A stretch of 64,000 nt of DNA from an uncultured virus (IMG/VR IMGVR_UViG_3300031974_001836) (Duplodnaviria > Heunggongvirae > Uroviricota > Caudoviricetes), in IMG/VR virus record IMGVR_UViG_3300031974_001836; one strand, written 5' to 3'. The notes below the pieces were generated by a model. It was not told the origin of the DNA. It made no database searches and was given only the letters and a program-made list of their open reading frames with translations. Shown here one piece after another: positions 16,940 to 26,246 of the stretch; the stretch's first letter is position 1, and each line of letters starts with the position of its first letter. A program made the translations under genes and the position numbers.

Positions 16940-18334
16940 TTAAAGAGTGAAGTCAGAGAACCTCTCAGAGGATACTCTTTGACCTGAGTTGGAATTATCA
17001 AATGCTGGGCCATTATCTACCTCTTTATTTAGGGGAGAATCATTTTGATCAACATCAAATAACCGCATTTTACTCCGGTCAATACCTACGACAAATCGTT
17101 GGTTACTGCTTGGATCATTGTATCTGTTCTTCAACTGCTTGACTAAGATCTGTCCGTTCGAACTGAGTTCGTCGTTGGAGATAAGTGCGAACATGAGATC
17201 TGCCGTTGCGGGTAGTCCAAAAGACTCGGACGTATCTTCCAACCCCAAGTCATCATTAGAGTAACCAGAACGAGTCGTCTGCGTTGCAGACACGATCGGC
17301 ACGTCGAATTCCACGGCAAGACCACGTAACTCTTCAGCAATAGACTTGATATACGTATACGAGTTAATAGCACCACCCATCCCCTTCATTCGTGCACTCG
17401 CACAGATATTCAGATAATCAATAAAGATCAAATCAGGAGTAAACTTCTTCTTCAGTTTCAATTCATTCAACAAAGCACGGAAGTGATTTGCGTGTGCCTG
17501 ACCCGTAGGGTACTCCTTGATGATCAGTTTACCATTGGTCTTGTCTGCCAAAGACTTGACTCGATTTGAGAACATGTCTTTGCTCAAGTGTTCGAGTTGG
17601 TCTATTGGGACGTTGAGTAGATTCGCATCGATCCGTTCCGCAATGCGTTCTTCAGCCATCTCCATAGTGATGTAAAGGACATTCTTTCCTTGTGATAGGG
17701 AAGCACCAGCACAATGACACATGAAGAGAGACTTACCCACACCCGTACCTGCCAGTGCGATGTTGAGGGTTTTATTAGGTAGTCCACCCTTAGTGATCCG
17801 GTTAAAGTAGTCCAGATCGAATGGAATGCGTTCCTCAGTCTGTGTATAAAAGTCATAACGTGCGTCCACCGACTCAAGATAGTCGTGACCAATGTTAGTG
17901 TCAAACGTAACGGACAGTGCTTTGGACAACACGTCTGGTATTGCATTACGTGACAGAGATTGGTGGTTACCGTCAATGATAGTTATAGATTCCATAACGG
18001 CATTGAATACCGCACGATCTTGACACCACTTTTCTGTGCGATCGACCAACCATGAAAGATCCTCTTCGGCATACTGAAATATGTCCGGTAGGATTTCCAT
18101 AGCAACACGGTACTGATCGTCAGTCAAACGGTCTGCAGAATCCACCTCGATCTTGAATGCTTCCTTGGTGGGCAGACTGTTAAACTTAGCAATATATGAA
18201 GTGAATTCTTTGAAGAGACCCTTGTAGACCCCCTCAAAGTATTCGGGTGAAAGGAAGGGAGCGACCTTCCTCATATAAGAATCGTTAGTCAGTAGATTCC
18301 GTAGAATCGTCTGCTGTAGATTGATTTCCGTCAT
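16940..18334 (-). CDS. gp41: replicative DNA helicase (gp41)
   Basis: Walker A AGTGVGKS, ITMEMAEE, IDYLNI, SESFGLP and KQLKNRY. Confidence 0.96.
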   Translation of the reverse strand: MTEINLQQTILRNLLTNDSYMRKVAPFLSPEYFEGVYKGLFKEFTSYIAKFNSLPTKEAFKIEVDSADRLTDDQYRVAMEILPDIFQYAEEDLSWLVDRTEKWCQDRAVFNAVMESITIIDGNHQSLSRNAIPDVLSKALSVTFDTNIGHDYLESVDARYDFYTQTEERIPFDLDYFNRITKGGLPNKTLNIALAGTGVGKSLFMCHCAGASLSQGKNVLYITMEMAEERIAERIDANLLNVPIDQLEHLSKDMFSNRVKSLADKTNGKLIIKEYPTGQAHANHFRALLNELKLKKKFTPDLIFIDYLNICASARMKGMGGAINSYTYIKSIAEELRGLAVEFDVPIVSATQTTRSGYSNDDLGLEDTSESFGLPATADLMFALISNDELSSNGQILVKQLKNRYNDPSSNQRFVVGIDRSKMRLFDVDQNDSPLNKEVDNGPAFDNSNSGQRVSSERFSDFTL

Positions 18335-18647
18335 CTCGTTCCTGTGCCATTAGAGTTTTGTTTCGAATTGCCGCATCTAGGATATCACCTAGTACATCAC
18401 CTGCAAATTCTTGGAGCAATTTATTTTCGAGTGACATCTCTTCAGTCTCACCCTCAATGATTTCAAAATTGAAAGTCATTGCTCCACGTTCACCATCAAC
18501 CGCAACGTTGTTGTAACGAATGGTCACATTGTCGTATGGTGCACGTAATAGGTTCACGTTCCATACCTGTGTACCCTTTTCATCGAAGACCGGACTAAGC
18601 ATATAGTCCAAGTTCTCGCAAGGTTTATCTAAATCTAATTCTTTCAT
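18285..18647 (-). CDS. gp40-like head vertex assembly chaperone (putative)
   Basis: Size and position between uvsX and gp41, as in T4. Confidence 0.5.
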   Translation of the reverse strand: MKELDLDKPCENLDYMLSPVFDEKGTQVWNVNLLRAPYDNVTIRYNNVAVDGERGAMTFNFEIIEGETEEMSLENKLLQEFAGDVLGDILDAAIRNKTLMAQERDDGNQSTADDSTESTD

Positions 18648-19699
18648 GCCTCCTCCAGTTCGGCAATCCGTTCTGCATCAAGTGTACTATTATAACCTAT
18701 TTTATAGGTTTTGGCAAGGAACTCTGCAAAATCAGTTGTCTCAAAAATAGGTTCCCAGAACTCTGCGTCTAGGGTGTCCTTTGTTCGTACTTTAGTCCCA
18801 ACGAGTTCGCCTGTAGTTGTGTCAACTTTTTGATACCAACCGTTAGAAGGTTTAGCAACATAACCACCAGCAAGAGCGACATCAAGTAGACCCGAATACT
18901 TCTGAACACCACCTTCCCAAGATACACCAATCGGGATCTTAGACTTCTCTTTGACATAACGGGACTTCTCTACGTTGATGACGAAGTTGTATCCAACAAC
19001 CTCCGTGCCTTGCTTCTCTTGTTGACGACCCAGAATCCAGATGTTGTCCGCAGAGTAGTAGATACCTGTACCACCACCGACGATATCTTTTGGAAACAAA
19101 CCGATCTCTTTGTACGTGTGGTTGATTGCAACCAAAGGAATGTTCTTCATCGTCAAGTATGGTGTTGCCATACGGAACAGACCTTTCAGTGCTTTCGCAC
19201 GAGACATGTCTGCGACACCCTTCTCGTTCAGTGCGTCCTCTAGTTCTTTCTTAGACGCAAGGTTACCGATCGAGTCAATGATGATGATCACGTCATCGTC
19301 ACGGTCGAGTTCTTCCAACTGGTTGATCAGATCGAACTTGAGTTCTTCGACGTTTGCGATCGGTGTGTGTAGGACACGGTCAGTGTCGACACCGAACTGC
19401 TCGAAGTATGACTGCGGAGAACCGAACTCCGAATCATAGAAGAGGACAACTGCCTCTGGTTTTGCGTTCAAGTATGCACCTGCCATAAGAAGAGCAAATG
19501 AAGTCTTGAAGTGCTTGGAAGGACCAGCAAGTACTGTCAGTCCTGGGGAAATACCACCGTTAACAGATCCCGACAGTGCGACGTTAACCATCGGCACATC
19601 TGTCGGAACCATATCTTTTTCTGTGAAGAATCTACTCGTGGATAAGGTAGCGGTTTCCTTAATCTTCGAGTTCTTCTTCAGTTTGTCCATTATTGACAT
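18644..19699 (-). CDS. uvsX: RecA-like recombinase UvsX
   Basis: AGPSKHFKT, FYDSEFG, DSIGNLAS and GGTGIYYSAD. Confidence 0.96.
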   Translation of the reverse strand: MSIMDKLKKNSKIKETATLSTSRFFTEKDMVPTDVPMVNVALSGSVNGGISPGLTVLAGPSKHFKTSFALLMAGAYLNAKPEAVVLFYDSEFGSPQSYFEQFGVDTDRVLHTPIANVEELKFDLINQLEELDRDDDVIIIIDSIGNLASKKELEDALNEKGVADMSRAKALKGLFRMATPYLTMKNIPLVAINHTYKEIGLFPKDIVGGGTGIYYSADNIWILGRQQEKQGTEVVGYNFVINVEKSRYVKEKSKIPIGVSWEGGVQKYSGLLDVALAGGYVAKPSNGWYQKVDTTTGELVGTKVRTKDTLDAEFWEPIFETTDFAEFLAKTYKIGYNSTLDAERIAELEEA

Positions 19700-20621
19700 T
19701 CTTACTTCCTCCGAAATCTACAAAGGTAATGTTGTTGACTTTTTCACGTTCATCGAGTTCGTATTGTACACGATAAGCACTATTGATGTCAAGTACTTTT
19801 TGCAGAAGATCGAAACTAACCTGACCACCATCTGGATGATCATAGGTCGAGAAATTAAGCAATGCTCTTGTATCTTTGGGTAGACAAGCACCACCGAATC
19901 CACGTTTGCCGTCGAAACCTGGTACACGTGTGTGACCCATACCAACACGGTCGTCAGAACCTACAGCACGGACGATGGTGTTGAAGTTACACCCATACAT
20001 GTTCACCAGATCATACAACTGATTGAAGAAGGTGATCTTGGTCGATAGGAATGAGTTGATTGCGTACTTCACGAAAGATGCTTCATAAGCAGTCATTCGG
20101 TGATACACGTTTGACTGACACCCACTAAAGATTTCGTAGATGTCGATGCACTCCATGATAGCATTCGGTGCACCACCCACAACGTGGAACTTGGCAGTCA
20201 CAAAGTCTGCCTTAGCATTCTTCTCTGTCAAGAACTCAGGGTTGTAGCAGAAACGATCTGCTTTCTCACTGTCTATCTGCTGATAGATGGAGTCAATCAC
20301 ATTAGGTGTAATTGTCGACTTGACAATAACCAATGCGTCTGTATCGTTCAAGCATGTCAGCACTGCCTCTTCAACCATGCTACCGTTCACAGAACCATCA
20401 TCATTTGATGGGGTAGGTGCGGCAATGAAGAAGCACTGTGGGTGTTCATCCTTACTCTGATCTTTTAGAGATGAGATGCTCGTATTGTATTTTGGATCAT
20501 ATAGGGAGAAGTCGACCAAAGGATGCGTAAACGCATACTCTACGGCCTGACCTACAAACCCATGACCGACGATCCCAATCCTAAATCGATTGGGTTGACC
20601 GTCTGGCATAGTTCTGGACAT
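19659..20621 (-). CDS. UDP-glucose/GDP-mannose dehydrogenase family protein (short form)
   Basis: GHGFVG, PTP, VKST, YNPEFL and GFGGACLPKD. Confidence 0.9.
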   Translation of the reverse strand: MSRTMPDGQPNRFRIGIVGHGFVGQAVEYAFTHPLVDFSLYDPKYNTSISSLKDQSKDEHPQCFFIAAPTPSNDDGSVNGSMVEEAVLTCLNDTDALVIVKSTITPNVIDSIYQQIDSEKADRFCYNPEFLTEKNAKADFVTAKFHVVGGAPNAIMECIDIYEIFSGCQSNVYHRMTAYEASFVKYAINSFLSTKITFFNQLYDLVNMYGCNFNTIVRAVGSDDRVGMGHTRVPGFDGKRGFGGACLPKDTRALLNFSTYDHPDGGQVSFDLLQKVLDINSAYRVQYELDEREKVNNITFVDFGGSKNVNNGQTEEELED

Positions 20622-21562
20622 TAGTCTACCTCGTTATAATTCTTATACCATTCATAGAAACGTTCCACACCTTCAGCAATGCTAACCTTCGGACTGTATC
20701 CGTATGCTTGTAGTTTGCTAGTGTCTGACCACGTTTCTTTTGTATCTGCTGGATGTCTAGGTGCCAAATCACGGATTGCCTCTTTACCAACATTCTTTTC
20801 AATCTCATCAATGAAGTCCATCAAGTTGACTTGCTCTCCACGTCCGATGTTGAAAATTTCACCAGATTCAATATCTGGATTGTTGAGGATGATCTCGATA
20901 CCGTCATTGATGTCATCGACATATGTGAAGTCTCGTTTCATGTCCCCATAGTTATAGACGGTAATCGGTTCTCCAGCAGAGATCTTGTCGGTGAATCCAA
21001 ACAATGCCATGTCTGGACGACCCCAAGGACCGTATACTGTGAAGAATCGTAAACCGATTGTGTTGAGACCCGAAGACTGGAATTGGCATTCGTTTGCCCA
21101 CTTAGACCAACCGTAAGGGTTCAATTGCTTGCCGTGCTCTTTGCCTTCGACCCAAGGGACGGGTGACCCTGCATAGATGCACGAGGTAGATGCGTACAGG
21201 ATTCGTACGTCGGGAAGGTGTGCCTTACAGATATCGATAAGATTCTGTGTGGCATCAATGTTGTTTGAGTGATAATGCTTCTCTTGTCCTAGAGAGTCAC
21301 GTACCCCAGCATGTGCCGCAAGGTGTACGATAGTATCTGGTTGAAAGTCACGTAGCAGTGCCTCCAGTTTGACCTCATCACGAAGGTCACATCCCCAGAT
21401 ATCCAAACCGAAATGCTTCAGTCGGTCTGCCTTAAGTTTCGGATCATATAGATGGTTGTTAAAGTTGTCAATACCCTTAACTGTCAATCCACGTTCCATA
21501 AGTCGTGCCGCAAGTTGTGCTCCGATAAAACCTGCTGCGCCTGTAATCAATACACGTTCCAT
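20621..21562 (-). CDS. NAD-dependent epimerase (UDP-glucuronate 4-epimerase-like)
   Basis: GAAGFIG, HLAAHAGVR, YGWSK, RFFTVYGPWGRPDMA and RDFTYVDD. Confidence 0.92.
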   Translation of the reverse strand: MERVLITGAAGFIGAQLAARLMERGLTVKGIDNFNNHLYDPKLKADRLKHFGLDIWGCDLRDEVKLEALLRDFQPDTIVHLAAHAGVRDSLGQEKHYHSNNIDATQNLIDICKAHLPDVRILYASTSCIYAGSPVPWVEGKEHGKQLNPYGWSKWANECQFQSSGLNTIGLRFFTVYGPWGRPDMALFGFTDKISAGEPITVYNYGDMKRDFTYVDDINDGIEIILNNPDIESGEIFNIGRGEQVNLMDFIDEIEKNVGKEAIRDLAPRHPADTKETWSDTSKLQAYGYSPKVSIAEGVERFYEWYKNYNEVD

Positions 21563-21565
21563 TTT

Positions 21566-22510
21566 TCACCCATTCTTGTAAATGTATTCAAGTGCTCGAT
21601 CTGCTTCGACATGCAGTGGTCTGTTCTCATACCAGTTGCCTGTGTCACGATCGAACTCCCTACAAAGTTCTTCTATCTGTTTAGCAGTGATAGGGTACCC
21701 CTTCTCAAAAGCACTACCTGCCACTGCCACCATAATTTTGTACATCTTTCCGTACCACCCCGTCCCAGAGATCTGCTGATATTCTGCACCCAGTTTCTTG
21801 GGCCAGAACGGACAGTCACGATAGGACGACCATCGGTAGTCGGTGTTATTTAGACTATCTTTACGATGCTGTATTACTGCCTTCTGCATTTCTGGTGGCA
21901 ATCTATCTAGGAAAGAATTACCTGTTTTCTCCACGTAGGGATGCTTCGCAATTAATTCAGATACGTTGAGAGGGGTTCCACCAGAGTTGACCATGAAGAA
22001 CGAGTACGCATTCGGATACTGCGCAGGAACGTAGTACATACGTGCAAGGTCTTTAGTTTGAGGATCTCCCAGTTCACCCAACTCTGTGTTGAGTGCATGC
22101 CAGAATGCTTTGATACGATTGTTCTCTACCTGTTCGTCCAGACGAAACACGATACGGAACTTGAGGTTATCTTTGCGACTGCTCGCAGTGTTATAGACAA
22201 CATAGTCATACTGACCATAATTTCGGTGCAACCATGCTCTCAGAGATTCGGTATCATGGACACCGTCAATAGGATCATCCACATCAACACAACACCAAGA
22301 ACTCCAATATAGAACAGATCGATTACTACGCGTCGCACCCACGTCGAAAACACTAGGAGTAAGCAAAGGACTAGAATTATTTCCACCCTTCTCTCCAGGT
22401 TTAGTATAGGAATCACGAAGACTCACCACGAAGTCCATCCAACTAAGGAAGGTAGTCCGACGATGTGTCTTGTTGTCGTATTGATTCTTGAATACGGTTA
22501 GTTCATACAT
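21566..22510 (-). CDS. archaeo-eukaryotic primase (AEP/PrimPol)-like protein
   Basis: CVDVDD (motif I), YNTASS...FRIVF (motif II) and DPQTKDLARMYYVP (motif III) plus a helical C-terminal domain; start at ATG 22510. Confidence 0.7.
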   Translation of the reverse strand: MYELTVFKNQYDNKTHRRTTFLSWMDFVVSLRDSYTKPGEKGGNNSSPLLTPSVFDVGATRSNRSVLYWSSWCCVDVDDPIDGVHDTESLRAWLHRNYGQYDYVVYNTASSRKDNLKFRIVFRLDEQVENNRIKAFWHALNTELGELGDPQTKDLARMYYVPAQYPNAYSFFMVNSGGTPLNVSELIAKHPYVEKTGNSFLDRLPPEMQKAVIQHRKDSLNNTDYRWSSYRDCPFWPKKLGAEYQQISGTGWYGKMYKIMVAVAGSAFEKGYPITAKQIEELCREFDRDTGNWYENRPLHVEADRALEYIYKNG

Positions 22511-22517
22511 GAGGTGT

Positions 22518-22547
22518 ATTATATCATACACTAAGTGTACGAGTCAA
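22518..22547 (-). promoter_or_regulatory. sigma70-like promoter
   Basis: TTGACT-N18-TATAAT, 7 nt before the ATG. Confidence 0.65.
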
Positions 22548-23344
22548 TCAATGACGTGGAAAAACTTGTGTCGTGTCCACGGTTGTTCAATATGCACATC
22601 TTTGTATCCATGATGATCCTGAGTCACGCACAGACGTTTTGAAATCACCTGAGTTGTCGGTGTAGGTATTCCCGTCTTGCCGTGATCAAACCTATTAAAG
22701 TAGGGTTCAATGTTGCGACCAATGCCAATTGTATCACAAGCACCCCAAGGATGTAAAGCAGTATTACGAATGCCGAAGTAGTCTATGTCTTCCCTCTTGA
22801 GATGATCTGTGGTGAACGTACGGAAGAGACGTTGCAGTACACAGTAGGGACCACAGTTGATAGGGAAGTCTTGGTCGGTGAGCATATGATATGCCCAGTG
22901 TGCGAATCTAGGATCGAGAGAATACATACCCATAAAGAGACCGATGTTTGCATATAGAGTGCCTTCCGCATATTCGGTCAAAAGTTTGAACGACTCCCAA
23001 CGATCTCGAATCATCCAAGTGTCGTGTTCCATCACCCACACACGTTCTCCCGACTCTGCAACCTGACGCATGATCTCCCAATGAGAACACATACCGGCTT
23101 TCTCTGTGGGTGAATGGTCGTCCATCTCTTTACCCGATACTAAGTCTAAAGTCATGAGACTCTTCGACCACGTGTACTTATCTACATGTTCTTGAAACGT
23201 ATCAGAGTCCGGAGTGATTGCGTCGAAGGTCTCGATGGAATCAATGTATCCCTCATCAATTGCCTTTTGAAAAGATTGACGTGAGATCTCAGCATATTCC
23301 TCAGACCGTTCGTCTCCCTTCATTACAATCTGTATTGCCTTCAT
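22544..23344 (-). CDS. GT25-like glycosyltransferase
   Basis: FDAITP...TEKAGMCSHWEIM...VWVMEHD. Confidence 0.65.
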   Translation of the reverse strand: MKAIQIVMKGDERSEEYAEISRQSFQKAIDEGYIDSIETFDAITPDSDTFQEHVDKYTWSKSLMTLDLVSGKEMDDHSPTEKAGMCSHWEIMRQVAESGERVWVMEHDTWMIRDRWESFKLLTEYAEGTLYANIGLFMGMYSLDPRFAHWAYHMLTDQDFPINCGPYCVLQRLFRTFTTDHLKREDIDYFGIRNTALHPWGACDTIGIGRNIEPYFNRFDHGKTGIPTPTTQVISKRLCVTQDHHGYKDVHIEQPWTRHKFFHVID

Positions 23345-23922
23345 ATAAATTTCTCTGTATAAAATCCTTCAAGGTGTATAGGGGATTCCGTGTAAACGCA
23401 AGCGTACAAACCTCTACTATACGCAGATTTATTTCTTCCGGATCTGTGATAGGTGTTCCCCTGTATCGCTACGATGTCACCTTTCTTAGGGTATATAGTA
23501 ACCCACTCTCCATCGTCTTGGTTCTGCAACTCAAGGGTACCGTTCTCTTCGGTGAAGTCATCAAGTATCCAAGACATATTGACCGTATGGATGGATCCGT
23601 CACTATTGGGTCCGTATTGGTTGTCCTTGTGAGGTTCGAAACGGAGTCGGTCGTTGGGTAGTTTGATGACGATCTGGTCGTTGAAGAGATAGACCTCATC
23701 CCCTAAGATCTCACGTGCGAACCCTTTCATGGTGTCACTGGTGTAAGACCGAAACAGTCGATCATCAAAGTTACCTGCGCACGATATCCCACTCCATGTA
23801 GAATAGTCTGCGGCGTGGAGACGCATGTCCTCACCGATACTTTTGACCATATCAACTTGTTGTAGGTTAAGTGCGTTCTCAATGACGACCCAACCTTTTT
23901 GTCTATAGTGATTTATGTTCAT
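23341..23922 (-). CDS. phytanoyl-CoA dioxygenase (PhyH)-family 2OG-Fe(II) oxygenase
   Basis: YRQKGWVVIENAL, PHKD, LDDFTEENGTL and HRSGRN..R. Confidence 0.85.
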   Translation of the reverse strand: MNINHYRQKGWVVIENALNLQQVDMVKSIGEDMRLHAADYSTWSGISCAGNFDDRLFRSYTSDTMKGFAREILGDEVYLFNDQIVIKLPNDRLRFEPHKDNQYGPNSDGSIHTVNMSWILDDFTEENGTLELQNQDDGEWVTIYPKKGDIVAIQGNTYHRSGRNKSAYSRGLYACVYTESPIHLEGFYTEKFI

Positions 23923-23926
23923 GTAT

Positions 23927-23950
23927 AAAAAAGGGAACCGAAGTTCCCTT
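23927..23950 (-). terminator. intrinsic terminator with UUCG loop
   Basis: AAGGGAAC-TTCG-GTTCCCTT-TTTT. Confidence 0.85.
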
Positions 23951-23955
23951 ATTTA

Positions 23956-24063
23956 TTAGACTAGTTGTTGGACACAGACGGCTATCACGAATACACTTGA
24001 TAGTCCTGCGAACATCCAACCCATTTCCTCTAATTTAGAGTTGGGACGGGTGCTCTTCTCCAT
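23956..24063 (-). CDS. small membrane protein (35 aa) after hsp20
   Basis: Hand-translated MEKSTRPNSKLEEMGWMFAGLSSVFVIAVCVQQLV; GAGGAG SD. Confidence 0.5.
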   Translation of the reverse strand: MEKSTRPNSKLEEMGWMFAGLSSVFVIAVCVQQLV

Positions 24064-24529
24064 TGTTGCTCTCCTCGTTTAAAAGTTGCGGTGTCGACTG
24101 ATACGTGATGCCGGTGACACCAGAATTTATTGCGACTTTACGAGGCTTCTGACTTTCAGGGATTATTACTTCCAATGCTACTGCGAGTAATCCGTTCCTG
24201 AAATCAGCTCCCATTACTTCAACATACTCCGACAGACGGAACTGACGTTCAAATCTCTTCGTCGAAATGCCTTTATGAATATACTCTCTAGTGTCGTCTA
24301 CAGACCCTCGAATGCTAAGTGTACGGTTCTTTACTTCGATCTCGAGCTCGTCTTCAGAGAATCCTGCGACTGCTAACTCGATTAGGTATTGATCCTCTCC
24401 CGTCTTTAGAATATTATGCGGGGGGAACGTATCACCCGAGTGTCGTGCGACCCTGTCTAGTTCGTCGATCATGGTTTCAAATCCGACGAATGCTGAACGT
24501 GGGAACAGTTGTTTTGCTGTTAATGTCAT
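24035..24529 (-). CDS. small heat shock protein Hsp20 (IbpA-like)
   Basis: FPPHNI, IELAVAGF, YIHKGISTKRFERQFRL, NGLL and PRKVAI. Confidence 0.95.
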   Translation of the reverse strand: MTLTAKQLFPRSAFVGFETMIDELDRVARHSGDTFPPHNILKTGEDQYLIELAVAGFSEDELEIEVKNRTLSIRGSVDDTREYIHKGISTKRFERQFRLSEYVEVMGADFRNGLLAVALEVIIPESQKPRKVAINSGVTGITYQSTPQLLNEESNNGEEHPSQL

Positions 24530-24536
24530 GTTGTGA

Positions 24537-24590
24537 CTCCTTAGTAATAAGCAAGTTTAAAAAAGAGTACCCGAACTATTCGGCATACTC
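24537..24590 (-). promoter_or_regulatory. ROSE-like RNA thermometer
   Basis: 5' hairpin followed by CUUGCUU-loop-AAGGAG, which pairs the SD with a bulged G. Confidence 0.65.
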
Positions 24591-24644
24591 GATACTATAT
24601 ATACAGGTTATGGGTAAAAAAGTAACATATAACCTGTGAATATG

Positions 24645-24890
24645 TTACATTTCTGGATCATCTTCGTCATCATCAATATTAATGATTGGCAAAGAATCAT
24701 CTATAACAACGACAGCATCTTGTTCGATCATTTCTATGATCTCTGTCGTTACTTTTCTGTCCATCTCCAAGAATGCCATTCGGTCTTCTATCATTGAGAG
24801 ATGTCGACGGTACATGTCAAGTTCCTTTTCTTTGTCTTGCTTTCTCTTCAAGACTGCTGATAATGATATAACATTTTCTTTACCAGACAT
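24645..24890 (-). CDS. coiled-coil hypothetical protein
   Basis: 81 aa ORF with AAGGA SD. Confidence 0.65.
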   Translation of the reverse strand: MSGKENVISLSAVLKRKQDKEKELDMYRRHLSMIEDRMAFLEMDRKVTTEIIEMIEQDAVVVIDDSLPIINIDDDEDDPEM

Positions 24891-24899
24891 AGTGGTTCC

Positions 24900-25442
24900 T
24901 TAATAGTACTTTGATGGATCTGGATCACCCTCCACACCAAATGAAAATGACACACGGGAAACCTTGGGAAACACTTGATGGTGCGTTCCTCTAGGTAAAT
25001 ACACATACATTCCTGGTTCAAAATCAAACGGTTCATTGTTATTGATGCCTTCTACCTTGAGACCGACAGTACTAATAACCTGAACTAAAAATACATCCAT
25101 AGAATCCTTATGCCAAGGATATGAACCACTATCACGACCGAATCCACTGAATGCAATGTTAGTGATCTTCTGTGCGTGTAGTGTAAAGACATCTTGCATC
25201 TCCTCGTAGATGTTCTTCGCAAACTCCGGTGCACTACCGCGAGAGTGGAAAGAGTTGAGACCGATGCGCATCTTATCAGAATTGCGATCATATAGATCGT
25301 CTGGATGCGAGTCCATCATTTGCATGAACTCGTTCCAGTTATACGTTTCTTCCATATTGAATGGAAGTCGACCTGTGAATGGAGTCTTGGTTTGGATCTC
25401 ATCCTCACGGTCGTCAAAAATACCATAATATTCAGTAGTCAT
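24900..25442 (-). CDS. JmjC/cupin-like 2OG oxygenase (ROXA-like)
   Basis: WHKDSMDVFLVQ...PGMYVYLPRGTHHQV...RVSFSF. Confidence 0.8.
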   Translation of the reverse strand: MTTEYYGIFDDREDEIQTKTPFTGRLPFNMEETYNWNEFMQMMDSHPDDLYDRNSDKMRIGLNSFHSRGSAPEFAKNIYEEMQDVFTLHAQKITNIAFSGFGRDSGSYPWHKDSMDVFLVQVISTVGLKVEGINNNEPFDFEPGMYVYLPRGTHHQVFPKVSRVSFSFGVEGDPDPSKYY

Positions 25443-25852
25443 TAATTGTTCCCGATGTTATACTTTGGCTTCAGTGTCCAATTTGACTTATCTTTATAGG
25501 AGATGATCTTGATCTGTCGCATTGGAGCACAGTCACGAGCAACCTCCGGATTTACGATTTCTACTAGACCCCAATCCTGCAGCAGGGTTGCGATCGTGTT
25601 ACGACGTTCCATGTCAGTTGTTTCTAAATTTGACTTCTTACCGTCCAGTAGAAACAACTCCTTGAAATGGACGATAAAGTACCTACCCTGCTTGTGCAAG
25701 ATATGGCATGATTGGAATAGGGTGTTGTCACGACGTGAGGCAACACCTATTCGGGTTAGGGTTTCTCTGACCTTTAAAAAGTCATCTGGTTCTGCCAACG
25801 TGATTTCTAACATCATATCAGCGTTCCATTGAACTAGATTATTCTCTTCCAC
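25442..25852 (-). CDS. regA: translational repressor RegA
   Basis: PDDFLKVRETLTRIG, QSCHILHKQGRYFIVHFKELF. Confidence 0.97.
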   Translation of the reverse strand: MEENNLVQWNADMMLEITLAEPDDFLKVRETLTRIGVASRRDNTLFQSCHILHKQGRYFIVHFKELFLLDGKKSNLETTDMERRNTIATLLQDWGLVEIVNPEVARDCAPMRQIKIISYKDKSNWTLKPKYNIGNN

Positions 25853-26246
25853 CTACGGACACCTTAGTTTTAATTGTTGTTATTTGTGATTCTGACAAAA
25901 GACCTACCACCTGTTTTGCTTTATTTTCACTGTAGCCAAAATAACGTTTCACACATTCTATGTCGTCTCGTTTTTCAGGTTTATCCCACTTAGAGAATCG
26001 TTTCTTCTTACGTATGATATTTATAAAAAAGTCGTACTGTAGTTTGGCATCTAAATGATGCAACCTGTTCATTTCATTGGACATAAACACAGTATCCGGA
26101 AAGTACGACAGCGACCGATTCACAAGGAAGCTGTTGTATTGCTTGATATTTTCCGGATCCTTATCGAGCAAATTAACCTTGGTACTGTTAATGCTGTTTA
26201 AAAAATCGAAGGGTTTAATATCTGTCTTCAATTTTGCACCACCCAT
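25839..26246 (-). CDS. gp62: clamp loader small subunit (gp62)
   Basis: FDFLNSIN, YNSFLVNRSLS, QYDFF and KKKRFSKW; located next to regA. Confidence 0.92.
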   Translation of the reverse strand: MGGAKLKTDIKPFDFLNSINSTKVNLLDKDPENIKQYNSFLVNRSLSYFPDTVFMSNEMNRLHHLDAKLQYDFFINIIRKKKRFSKWDKPEKRDDIECVKRYFGYSENKAKQVVGLLSESQITTIKTKVSVGGRE

